Shown: positions 11,201 to 22,269 of the stretch, piece by piece
How positions within the stretch are numbered: the stretch's first letter is position 1
Layout of the letters: every line of letters begins with the position of its first letter
NCBI GenBank assembly: GCA_002269645.1
Contig: NIVC01000517.1
Location: 213,043 to 277,042 of the forward strand
Direction: 5' to 3'
DNA length: 64,000 nt
Source of the DNA: Macrostomum lignano
Taxonomy: Eukaryota
Translations under genes and position numbers: made by a program
Notes under the pieces: generated by a model
Database searches by the model: none
Seen by the model: the letters and a program-made list of their open reading frames with translations, nothing else
Told to the model about the DNA's origin: nothing

Positions 11201-14200
11201 TATTCAACTTTCCAACAAGTGGATAATTATTTGTAAAAAAGTGAATGCTAAATTTTCTTGTCATTATAGCAGTTTTATATGCACTGTGAATAATGACCAT
11301 TTAGTATTTATTGAACCTACTCAGCACTTTTTTCATCAGCCAATTCCATTTTTAATGTATCAAGGGAAACTTTTTCTTTCTTTAAAATATTATCCAATGC
11401 TACATTGCCAAAACATTGATCAATAATCTACAATCTTAGTGGGTATCATTTTAGATAAATTTAAGCATATAACAATATGGCATACACTTGCACTTCATAA
11501 AATAACAAATTATTACAAGGGCCACCTTGCCTCTAGCACAAGGAACTGTGCTCTCCACCTTACATAGATTTCTGGCCTATAGGTGTCTAACCTTTTTATG
11601 ATAGGTCGGCTTGCCCTTCCTTGACTAGGCTAGTTCTATGTAGATGGTGCAGGTTTTCGAACCATTTCTTGCCTAAAATGGGTTCATCCTCTGTCTAAGC
11701 TTGTTGAAGCTTCAGCTTTTAGTATTGAAGAGTGAAGATTGTTCAGAAAAAAGCAACAAAAAAACAAAAACATCATAAAAACACTAAACATTTTGTTGTC
11801 ACAGTCATTACTTATGGCTGCAAGGTATGGGGTCCACTGGCCAGGCAATCAAAAATTAAGGATCTGGATAATATTCAATTGAAATTCTATAAGTCTCTCC
11901 TTAAATTCTTAATCTACCAGAGCATACATACAAGCAATAAAGTCATACTCAATGAACTCAACATTCTTCCTATTTCTGAAATCATTAAGAAAAGGTACCT
12001 CCTTTTCTGGTTAAAACTTATTTAAAGCTAACTCTACTACCACTAGTCTCTTTAACAACAATGACAATCCAATTGATCCTTGGAAGAAAGCCATCTCACA
12101 GCAACTTAAAGGCATTGATCTAATGCAAAAACTTCTACTGTTTAAATTGTATTGTCCATTATTGACAACTTTTGTTAACACTAAGTTATTCATATCTAAT
12201 TAAATACACTCTATTAACATAACGGGCACTACTTGCCCAAGCCAATTAACTACTACTACTACTACTACTACTACATTAAGTCAAGCCAAGGACAAAAGCC
12301 GAAAAATCATAATGAACAAGAATTCCTTGGCTTTATAAATTCATTTTATCTGTGTCTTACCAGATGTATTCTGATTGAGGTTGTGCACATCATACCTCAT
12401 TTCAGCTTCGAATCTGCAACGGCTCAGAGGAGCGCAAGAAGCTCCTTCCAGCTTCTGGCCTGACCTTGGCGGACCTTCGCATCAAAGGTTGTTTAAAATT
12501 GGACATTGCAGATGTTGAAAATGTTCGCATTGTCACTTCTGACGGTTTCGAAATCGACGACGATGATTTAATATCGGAGGTGGCAAAGGAATGTAGAACT
12601 GTGTACTTCCTTCTTTCTGGAGAGTTGCTTCCAAGCTGCGGTGCATGCCCTGTAGAACCTTCAACTACACCAAAGCAGCAAAGCGAAATACGCAATGTCG
12701 AGATTGCCACAACACCGAGTCGAGGCACACAGGCTCTGAGTCCAAATCCAGCTGTAGCAGCTACGGCTGCAACTACACTTCCATGGCCCGAAGTGTACTC
12801 GCTTCCACGAATGGACGATCTCGCCAACGCCCTTCGTGATCTACGAATGCACCCTGAAAAGGGTTCCGATTTAAAAATGAACGCGACGTTTGTCAACAAG
12901 TTCCTTAAATTCATCGTCGATCACATCTGTTTGAACTATCTGTCGCCAAATGAACCATACCTGTCATCTAGCCAGATAACAGATGTGTGCACTTCCATAG
13001 TAACTTCGTATCCTGGACTGAAGGACACCTCATTAAGTGGGAGCTCAAGCTTTTGGCGCCAAAAGCTTATTCGGCGTTTCAAAGAGCTCCGGTTCGTTGG
13101 CGACTTTGTCGACAAGAGCAGCCCAACGGTTCAGGAGATGCGACGGAAGCATGGTCGACTTGGTCATCGGCGTATAATTCTACCAAATGCTGCTGCAGCT
13201 GCTGCAGGCCCAAGTGCGGTTACTGTGAGCCAAAGGCATAAACGGCAGTACAAGGAAGTTGAAGGCCAGGAAGATGATGACGACAATGAAATTATAGCTT
13301 CACGTGCTAAAAGAGCCAACAAGCAGCGTATCAACGACGACGAAGATCTGATCGAAGAAGAAGGCGATGATGATAGTGATGCAGACGATGCTGGCAGTGC
13401 AATGGCGAAGAGCGTTGACTTCGGCGAGTTCGATACCGATGTACCACCGTCACACGAAGCTCGTCGAACGAGATTGAACGAGACTCATCATGACTCTTCA
13501 ATATCAGACGTTCTCAACGAAATGCAGGCTCTGTTTCCGATTCGAATATTGCGGTGCCAAGATTTGACGGTTAGTGACGAAATTGCCTTATATGCGCCAC
13601 TGGTAAACATCGCAGTACTGCAGCAGGAGGCGTATCTCATGATCCAGACATACAACAGAAGCAAAACTGACTATGTACTTCCACCAAGTCCATCGGAAAT
13701 GAGAAGCAGGATTATTAACGCCTTGTTGCTTGTGTACAGTAAAAGGCAGTTGCTAAAAAATTTCAAGCTGTGCAAGGATTATGTGGAATTGCCAGTTGTT
13801 TCAGAGGAGGACAAGCTGCCTGTGGCTGTCTTTCTTCTTCTCGGTCGGTTGCGAGTCGACCCGTCTATTATTCTTCGCGACGCACTGCCAGTCAGAATTC
13901 TGACAGAGGATGGAAAATGGTGCGGCGTTTTCGTCAACGGTGCGAGCATCCCATTCGACAGTGTTACTGACTCGATAATTGCATTTGTAATTGTCTTCAT
14001 CGCGTTCAACCTCCAGCACCTCCCTGCCCTAGAGGCGTTTCTGGAGGTAATCGAAGTGCTGTCGGGCCTTCGCAAGAAAGCCGTCCGCAAGGCTGCAGTA
14101 GCTATTTTGGATGCACTTCGTTAGATGATTTTATAACGCCTAGACATGACTATTGTAATCATTTTCATTTTTATAATAATTATATTCATTTTCATGTTAG

Positions 14201-17163
14201 TACGATTGAATATGACTGTGAATTAATCGTAATCACAAGCCTAATCACAATCACAATATTTATTTTCATATTCACAATCATAATCATAGAGTGTTATCTG
14301 TCATCAGAGGGTCACGGCGATGTTGGCTGCTTATTTATTGCCCTGTGTATTTAGTTTGTGCTTTTTAGTCTGTATATTCAACTTCACTCTTTGAGTGACC
14401 AAAGCAAACACTTATTCGCAATGTGTAATGTGCAACAAATAATTACTAAATATTATTATTACCACTGTTTTTGTACTACAACAATAAATATTTTAGGATC
14501 AATCTTTATATACCATAAAAAATACTTTAAATTGGTTAACATCCTTCATAAACATGCAATTGTTGATTACGAATGCTTCACTTCTTACTTTTCTTAAATT
14601 GAGCAATGACTGACAACATTGTATGCCTCACATAATGTAATTGGGAACAATTTTACAGGTAAGGAAATTCATAAAATTCATACCTATAATAGTGGGTATT
14701 TTGTGTCTTGCAGATCAAGTGAATACATTTTGGGGTGTAATCGTTTTTATATTTCGGACCCATAATGCGGACATCTGAAAAATATGGACTTTGCAATAGG
14801 GACCTTTCAAAATACGGACCTTTCAAAATACGGACCTTGCAATACGGACTTTACAATACGGACCCATCAAAATACGGACCTTTCATGGTCCGTTATTTCG
14901 ACGCTCCGGACCCTCCACAATGGACCTTTCCCGGACCCTTCTTCGGACCTTTAGGAATTACAGTGTGTGTGCAGCCCCATGCCCCCAGCCTCATTTTATC
15001 TGTGTAGCTTGGGGCTCTGGATTGTCTCTATCCGTGAGTGTCTCTATCCGTGAGTGTCTCTCTCCGTGAGTGTCCCTATCCGTGAGTGCCTCTATCCGCG
15101 AGTGTCTCTATCCGTGAGTGTCTCTCTTCGTAAGTGTCCCTATCCGTGAGTGTCTATCCGTGAGTGTCCCTATCCGTGAGTGCCTCTATCCGTGAGTGTC
15201 TCTATCCGTGAGTGTCTCTATCCGTGAGTGTCTCTATCCGTGAGTGTCTTTCTGCCTCTTCTATCCTTGTTGACTGACAGTTTGACGTTGAATTTGAGGT
15301 CTTTCACGTTCCTGGTGCTTATCAGCTGTTTGCTGATGCAGGGTCCCGCCTGCACTCGCGTCATGAGTTGCTTAATTTTATTTTCCGTGTTTACGGGTCT
15401 GTACCAGTTTGCCCTGTGGAGTTTTCGGATCACGCGTTTTCTGTTTTTGCCTCCCGTTTTTTATTTTCACAGGCCGCCTCCCTGCAACGCCGACCCTCGG
15501 CGCCGCCGCCTCCAGCCTCCTCGCCGCAGCATACGCACCGCCGTCACGCAGGGCGATCTCATCGGCCGTCCGGTCCTGGCACAGCTTCTGCAACGAGAAC
15601 GGGACCAACCCGGCTCGATCCGACCGGTCGGTGCTACTCAACTACCTGGCTCACCTGGTCGAATGCCGCCTGAGATCGTTCAACAGTCTGCGTGTCCATG
15701 TCAGTGCACTGTCCAGCTGGTTCAAAGCCTGTGGTGCTGAGGACCTAACAAAACACCACCTGGTCTCACTGCTCGTTCGCGGCGCTAAACGGAGGATGGG
15801 CCAGCGACCAAGACGGAAGCTGCCGATCTCGCCTGCGATGCTGCTGTCTGTGAAAAACCGGCTTAACTCGAGCAGTTCGCTTGACAGAGTCTGCTGGCTT
15901 GTGACGCTTATTGCTTGGTGGGGGATGTTTCGGCGCTCCAGTCTCCTGCCCAGTCAGCAGTCCGCTTCACCGATTTCCGTCTCAGCCTTTCAACGCCACC
16001 CGAAGGGGTTGTGCTCTCTGTCAGTTATGGCAAGACGAATCAGTTCGGCGCGAAGCTGCACCGGGTGTTGCTTCCAAGGCTAAAAGAAGGACATCCGCTT
16101 TGCCCAGTGGCTGCGCTAGAGGGTCACCTCCGTGTCAGCAAGCTTGGCTGCAGGCAGCCTGTGTTCTCCTACCAGTTGGCGAGCGGATCCTCTGTTGTCC
16201 TGTCTGCCTCAAGATTCGACAGGTTCCTCAAGCGCTGCCTAGCAACTGCTGAGCAGGACGCTCGTTCTTTCTCAGCGCACAGCCTGCGCAGAGGTGGTGC
16301 CACCTGGGCCTACCGTCTCGGACTATCTGTTCAGGAGGTGAAGTGCATCGGTGACTGGCGAAGTGATGCTGTGACTGCCTACCTTCCATCTGCTGATTCT
16401 GTGCGGGCTGGTTCGCGTTTTGCTGGTGCTTTTAACGAGAGTTGCCTTTGAGTAACTTTTGCTTGTGTTCAAAGTTTTATTTCCGTTCTTATCCCCAGCC
16501 TTATTTCCGCCGTTTCGTAAATTCTCTCCTTCGTTCATTCATTTGTTTGTTTGGCCTTGGGGTTGCATCCTCTGGCTTTTCGCTGCCTCGCCATCGCCAC
16601 ACTCGGTTTGTCTTGTCTTTGCCTCCCCTTCACTAATGCATCGGTTTGCGCGAGCCCGCGAGGGCTAACCGCTGTTAGTGCAAGGGGGGCTGTTTGGGTG
16701 CTGGCTGTCTGGTGGGGTGGTGGGTGCGTTGGTGCGTGCGCGTGCCTATTTAGGCCGCCACCTTTGTGGCTGCGCGGGGTTGCTCGCGGTTGAATTTTTT
16801 TTTCCTCGCTAATTATAATTTTTAATCAGTTTAATTCGTTTTAACAAGTCATGAAATAAATACGATCGTCTGAGGGTTGCATCCTCTGGCTTTTCGCTGC
16901 CTCGCCATCGCCACACTCGGTTTGTCTTGTCTTTGCCTCCCCTTCACTAACTTCCCAATTCATTTCAATCGGCCATCGAACTCCTTGGTTCTCTCACATG
17001 TTAGAGACCCAAGCCCTGTCATTGGCCCCACAAAGACCAATCAGATCAAATCCACTGAGCCACTGTTCTGTCAGATCTATAAGCTTGTATACTTACTGTA
17101 AATCTTGCCCCGCGAGACCCGTACACCTTTAAGAAGTCAACTACGGTTCGTATCAATATTGAT
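8253..17163 (-). CDS. Internal exons of an unidentified minus-strand host gene (17097-17163, 16998-17062, 14968-15016 + 8253-8354), interrupted by the EnSpm insertion
   Basis: Phase-consistent GT-AG junctions. Removing the element plus one TG TSD restores a stop-free frame: SILIRTVVDFLKVYGSRGARFT|WLSGFDLIGLCGANDRAWVSN|IAPSYTDKMRLGAWGCTQAVAVASSLQIGCDSNSPESALSQVSACLFYQTT. Product not recognised; gene ends not resolved. Confidence 0.55.
8872..11426 (+). CDS. EnSpm-family transposase (N-terminal C2H2 zinc fingers + DDE core), split by a -1 frameshift near 9740-9750
   Basis: CSIC..HIKLYH and CPVRGC..HAYRMH fingers. Motifs LYSDEIEICNPIG, TGDNLSIH, CRFC, PPDIMHDVFEG, KLHYICHYP and WCMRGEAHH match animal EnSpm transposases. 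ORFs 8872..9789 and 9783..11426 are in different frames across a 7-T run. Confidence 0.85.
11780..12274 (+). mobile_element. 5'-truncated non-LTR retrotransposon (LINE) 3' fragment nested in the EnSpm
   Basis: Translation ITYGCKVWG...LDNIQLKFYKSLL...SNKVILNELNILPISEIIKKRYLLFWLKL matches the post-RT region of LINE ORF2; ends in a (TAC)n tail at 12249-12274. Confidence 0.7.
12406..14124 (+). CDS. EnSpm second ORF (TnpA-like companion) with N-terminal CIDE-N-like domain; starts at a splice acceptor
   Basis: tttcag| acceptor at 12405 opens LRICNGSEERKKLLPASGLTLADLRIKGCLKL...VRIVTSDGFEIDDDDLISEV (CIDE-N pattern). The C-terminal IIAFVIVFIAFNLQHLPALEAFLEVIE resembles the conserved tail of animal EnSpm ORF2 proteins. 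No in-frame ATG upstream. Confidence 0.7.
   Translation, partial: LRICNGSEERKKLLPASGLTLADLRIKGCLKLDIADVENVRIVTSDGFEIDDDDLISEVAKECRTVYFLLSGELLPSCGACPVEPSTTPKQQSEIRNVEIATTPSRGTQALSPNPAVAATAATTLPWPEVYSLPRMDDLANALRDLRMHPEKGSDLKMNATFVNKFLKFIVDHICLNYLSPNEPYLSSSQITDVCTSIVTSYPGLKDTSLSGSSSFWRQKLIRRFKELRFVGDFVDKSSPTVQEMRRKHGRLGHRRIILPNAAAAAAGPSAVTVSQRHKRQYKEVEGQEDDDDNEIIASRAKRANKQRINDDEDLIEEEGDDDSDADDAGSAMAKSVDFGEFDTDVPPSHEARRTRLNETHHDSSISDVLNEMQALFPIRILRCQDLTVSDEIALYAPLVNIAVLQQEAYLMIQTYNRSKTDYVLPPSPSEMRSRIINALLLVYSKRQLLKNFKLCKDYVELPVVSEEDKLPVAVFLLLGRLRVDPSIILRDALPVRILTEDGKWCGVFVNGASIPFDSVTDSIIAFVIVFIAFNLQHLPALEAFLEVIEVLSGLRKKAVRKAAVAILDALR
15025..15248. repeat. 16-bp minisatellite (tctatccgtgagtgtc)
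   Basis: Tandem copies; the same unit recurs at 21625-21830. Confidence 0.9.
15250..16950 (+). mobile_element. 5'-truncated Ngaro/DIRS-like tyrosine-recombinase retrotransposon
   Basis: RNase H C-terminal motif FDVEFEVFHVPGAYQLFADAGSRL (~15280-15350) overlaps a YR ORF. Two identical 77-bp direct repeats (16560-16636, 16874-16950) fit the B1-A2-B2 split-repeat 3' end. Confidence 0.8.
15409..16451 (+). pseudogene. Tyrosine recombinase of the DIRS/Ngaro type, frameshifted near 15950-15965
   Basis: Core-binding region (AYAPPSRRAISSAVRSWHSFC), catalytic R (GMFRRS), K (GKT), HSLR, W (GDWRS) and Y (AYL) are distributed over ORFs 15409..16083 and 15915..16451. Confidence 0.85.
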
Positions 17164-17324
17164 CTTAAATTAACTGACATATTTCTGACCAACTGTCTTA
17201 TTTAAACTAAACTGATATCACTGCTGCAGCTAAGCTCCAATCTCGTTAGGTGAGTGGCCTTTCTAAGTCCACATTTCTGCGCTATGACGTCCTGTAGCTC
17301 TGTGAGAGAGGGGTGTTAATTGAC

Positions 17325-19155
17325 AGATGGAGAGATGATAAGACATAGGGGGATAAATGATTGAGCAAAGGGGAAATGATAAGACAGATGGGGAGATGAT
17401 AAGACAGAGGGCGAGAGATGATAGGACAGGGGGGGAGATGATAAGACAGGGGGAGATGATAAGACAGGGGAGATGATAAGACAGGGAGGAGATGATAAGA
17501 CAGAGGGGGAGATGATAGGACAGAGGGGGAGATGATAAGACAGAGGGGGAGATGATAGGACAGAGGGGGAGATGATAAGACAGATGGGGAGATGATAAGA
17601 CAGAGGGCGAGAGATGATAAGACAGAGGGGGAGATGATAAGACAGGGGGAGAGATGATAAGACAGAGGGGGAGATGATAAGACAGGGGAGATGATAAGAC
17701 AGAGGGGGAGATGATAGGACAGAGGGGGAGATGATAAGACAGATGGGGAGATGATAAGACAGAGGGCGAGAGATGATAAGACAGAGGGGGAGATGATAAG
17801 ACAGGGGGAGAGATGATAAGACAGAGGGGGAGATGATAAGACAGGGGAGATGATAAGACAGAGGGGGAGATGATAAGACAGGGGGAGAGATGATAAGACA
17901 AAGGGGGAGATGATAAGACAGAGGAGATGATAAGACAGAGGGGGAGATGATAAGACAGGGGGAGAGATGATAAGACAGAGGGGGAGATGATGAGACAGGG
18001 GAGATGATAAGACAGGGAGGAGATAATAAGACAGAGGGGGAGATGATAGGACAGAGGGGGAGATGATAGGACAGAGGGGGAATGATAAGACAGAGGGGGA
18101 GATGATAAGACAGATGGGGAGATGATAAGACAGAGGGCGAGAGATGATAAGACAGAGGGGGAGATGATAAGACAGGGGGAGATGATAAGACAGGGGAGAT
18201 GATAAGACAGGGAGGAGATGATAAGACAGAGGGGGAGATGATAGGACAGAGGGGGAGATGATAAGACAGAGGGGGAGATGATAGGACAGAGGGGGAGATG
18301 ATAAGACAGATGGGGAGATGATAAGACAGAGGGCGAGAGATGATAAGACAGAGGGGGAGATGATAAGACAGGGGGAGAGATGATAAGACAGAGGGGGAGA
18401 TGATAGGACAGAGGGGGAGATGATAAGACAGATGGGGAGATGATAAGACAGAGGGCGAGAGATGATAAGACAGAGGGGGAGATGATAAGACAGGGGGAGA
18501 GATGATAAGACAGAGGGGGAGATGATAAGACAGGGGAGATGATAAGACAGAGGGGGAGATGATAAGACAGGGGGAGAGATGATAAGACAAAGGGGGAGAT
18601 GATAAGACAGAGGAGATGATAAGACAGAGGGGGAGATGATAAGACAGGGGGAGAGATGATAAGACAGAGGGGGAGATGATGAGACAGGGGAGATGATAAG
18701 ACAGGGAGGAGATAATAAGACAGAGGGGGAGATGATAGGACAGAGGGGGAGATGATAGGACAGAGGGGGAGATGATAAGACAGAGGGGGAGATGATAGGA
18801 CAGAGGGGGAGATGATAGGACAGAGGGGGAGATGATAAGACAGGGGAGATGATAAGAGAGGGAGGAGATGATAAGACAGAGGGGGAGATGATAGGACAGA
18901 GGGGGAGATGATAAGACAGAGGGGGAGATGATAGGACAGAGGGGGAGATGATAGGACAGAGGGGGAGATGATAAGACAGAGGGGGAGATGATAGGACAGA
19001 GGGAGAGATGATAGGACAGAGGGGGAGATGATAAGACAGGGCGAGAGATGATAGGACAGGGGGGAGATGATAAGACAGGGCGAGAGATGATAGGACAGGG
19101 GGGAGATGATAAGACAGGGCGAGAGATGATAGGACAGAGGAGATGATAAGAGAGA
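17325..19155. repeat. ~20-22-bp purine-rich minisatellite (gagatgataagacagagggg)
   Basis: Dozens of tandem copies. Confidence 0.95.
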
Positions 19156-19699
19156 AATTTCGGTCAGAAAGCAAGGTCAACAGTGCTCAGGCATGGACCA
19201 AACAGAATAAAGCACTTTCTGCAAAATACAATTAGCTGTGTACGCAGCAGCATCCGGTAGAGTTTTCTGTCAAGCTTCATCAATATCAACAAACAAACAC
19301 AAGAAACTCTTTGAACCAGAAACCAGTCCCTTGACTAGGAATTGAAATTGTCCTGATATCCCCAGCCTCTAACTGAACTTTGCATTTAGTAATTTGTTTA
19401 ATTACCCGTTTGTAAAAAGTGGTGCGGTGTTCAGGCACTTTTGTAGGGACTCCTTGACCTTAGCAACGGAGAGTGCAGTGAAGAACTTAATAAAACAGTG
19501 TGTTAAGTCACTGAACTGCACACACACGAAGAGACCGGAAATTGGTTTAAAAGCTGGAAGTCAGCCAGTTGGGCGGCTGTCCTCTACTCCAGAATTGTAT
19601 AAATGGAAATTACTCAGGTATAGCTTAATCACTTCTGGGTAATTGAGTTCGCGAGTTAGAGAATGAGTCCTTTAGAATTTCGCCAAGTGGGTTTATGAA

Positions 19700-21610
19700 C
19701 GACTCAATGAGTGAGATCATCAGTGAGATCATCAGTGAGTTCATGAGTGAGACCATGATTGAGATTATGAGTGAGTTCATGAGTGAGATCATGATTGAGA
19801 TCATGAGTGAGATCATGAGTGAGATCATGAGTGAGTTCATGAGTGAGATCATGAGTGAGTTCATGAGTGAGATCATGAGTGAGATCATGAGTGAGTTCAT
19901 GAGTGAGATCATGAGTGAGATCATGATTGAGATCATGAGTGAGATCATGAGTGAGTTCATGAGTGAGATCATGAGTGAGATCATGAGTGAGTTCATGAGT
20001 GAGATCATGAGTGAGATCATGATTGAGATCATGAGTGAGATCATGAGTGAGTTCATGAGTGAGATCATGAGTGAGATCATGATTGAGATCATGAGTGAGA
20101 TCATGATTAAGTTCGCGAAAGAGATCATGACTTAGTTCATGAGTGAGATCATGAGTGAGATCATGATTAAGTTCGCGAGAGAGATCATGACTTAGTTCAT
20201 GAGTGAGATCATGAGTGAGATCATGATTAAGTTCGCGAGAGAGATCATGACTTAGTTCATGAGTGAGATCATGAGTGAGATCATGAGTGAGATCATGATT
20301 AAGTTCGCGAGAGAGATCATGACTTAGTTCATGAGTGAGATCATGAGTGAGATCATGAGTGAGTTCTTGGGTGAGACCATGATTGAGATTATGAGTGAGT
20401 TCATGAGTGAGATTATGATTGAGATCATGAGTGAGTTCATGAGTGAGATCATGAGTGAGATCATGAGTGAGTTCATGAGTGAGATCATGAGTGAGTTCAT
20501 GAGTGAGATCATGAGTGAGATCATGAGTGAGTTCATGAGTGAGATCATGAGTGAGATCATGATTGAGATCATGAGTGAGATCATGAGTGAGTTCATGAGT
20601 GAGATCATGAGTGAGATCATGATTGAGATCATGAGTGAGATCATGATTAAGTTCGCGAGAGAGATCATGACTTAGTTCATGAGTGAGATCATGAGTGAGA
20701 TCATGATTAAGTTCGCGAGAGAGATCATGACTTAGTTCATGAGTGAGATCATGAGTGAGATCATGATTAAGTTCGCGAGAGAGATCATGACTTAGTTCAT
20801 GAGTGAGATCATGAGTGAGATCATGAGTGAGATCATGATTAAGTTCGCGAGAGAGATCATGACTTAGTTCATGAGTGAGATCATGAGTGAGATCATGAGT
20901 GAGTTCTTGGGTGAGACCATGATTGAGATTATGAGTGAGTTCATGAGTGAGATCATGATTGAGATCATGAGTGAGTTCATGAGTGAGATCATGAGTGAGA
21001 TCATGAGTGAGTTCATGAGTGAGATCATGAGTGAGTTCATGAGTGAGATCATGAGTGAGATCATGAGTGAGTTCATGAGTGAGATCATGAGTGAGATCAT
21101 GATTGAGATCATGAGTGAGATCATGAGTGAGTTCATGAGTGAGATCATGAGTGAGATCATGATTGAGATCATGAGTGAGATCATGATTAAGTTCGCGAGA
21201 GAGATCATGACTTAGTTCATGAGTGAGATCATGAGTGAGATCATGATTAAGTTCGCGAGAGAGATCATGACTTAGTTCATGAGTGAGATCATGAGTGAGA
21301 TCATGATTAAGTTCGCGAGAGAGATCATGACTTAGTTCATGAGTGAGATCATGAGTGAGATCATGAGTGAGATCATGATTAAGTTCGCGAGAGAGATCAT
21401 GACTTAGTTCATGAGTGAGATCATGAGTGAGATCATGAGTGAGATCATGATTAAGTTCGCGAGAGAGATCATGACTTAGTTCATGAGTGAGATCATGAGT
21501 GAGATCATGAGTGAGATCATGATTAAGTTCGCGAGAGAGATCATGACTTAGTTCATGAGTGAGATCATGAGTGAGATCATGAGTGAGTTCTTGGGTGAGT
21601 TCATGAGTGA
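19700..21610. repeat. 12-bp minisatellite (gagatcatgagt) with ~540-bp higher-order period
   Basis: Near-identical ORFs at 20324 and 20864 are 540 bp apart. Confidence 0.9.
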
Positions 21611-21624
21611 GATAATAGGCAAGT

Positions 21625-21830
21625 TCTCTATCCGTGAGTGTCTCTATCCGTGAGTGTCTCTATCCGTGAGTGTCTCTATCCGTGAGTGTCTCTATCCGTG
21701 AGTGTCTCTATCCGTGAGTGTCTCTATCCGTGAGTGTCTCTATCCGTGAGTGTCTCTATCCGTGAGTGTCTCTATCCGTGAGTGTCTCTATCCGTGAGTG
21801 TCTCTATCCGTGAGTGTCCCTATCCGTGAG
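21625..21830. repeat. 16-bp minisatellite (tctatccgtgagtgtc)
   Basis: Homogeneous tandem copies, same unit as 15025-15248. Confidence 0.9.
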
Positions 21831-22269
21831 TGCCGTGCACCAAATCCAAGCAGCCACCATCTGTATCGAAATTGTACCCAAACAGTCAGCTGTCGTACCT
21901 TTTTGAAAAAGAAATAAGGCACAAAGTGAAAAGAGATTTGTTAAAAGAGATAACCATATTTAGCAGGCGACCGCTGCCTCTAAGAGAGTCGGGATCCATG
22001 CGTTGCATCTGTTCTGGCTCAATATAGACTTTCTTTATTAAATTTGAGAGATACAGCAGGCGTGCGTTTGAGTTCTGAAATCCTCTTGACTGATAGCGAG
22101 CCGTTTTGCCAAGGGTTTGGATTTCTGCTGCCGAGCGCTCAGATGCGACAGAAATTTGATACTGAGCACCATATGCTCTGCTCACTGACTGCACTGGCTG
22201 ATTCAGTCGCTGAGCTTGTCTCCGGCTAGTCATGGCCTCTGCCTGCTGCTACTGACTGCCGTCTCTTCT

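Larger units (their letters stand above)
8355..14965 (+). mobile_element. Complete EnSpm/CACTA (CMC) DNA transposon, 6611 bp
   Basis: Left end CACTGTAAATCTTATGGGTCCG; the right end reverse-complements to CACTGTAATTCCTAAAGGTCCG. 2-bp TSD TG at 8353-8354 and 14966-14967. ggacc/ggtcc subterminal repeats at both ends. EnSpm-type transposase inside. Confidence 0.92.

Noticed and set aside
15409-16451. Crypton DNA transposon or phage integrase
   Set aside because: The adjacent RNase H remnant and split direct repeats indicate a DIRS/Ngaro retroelement
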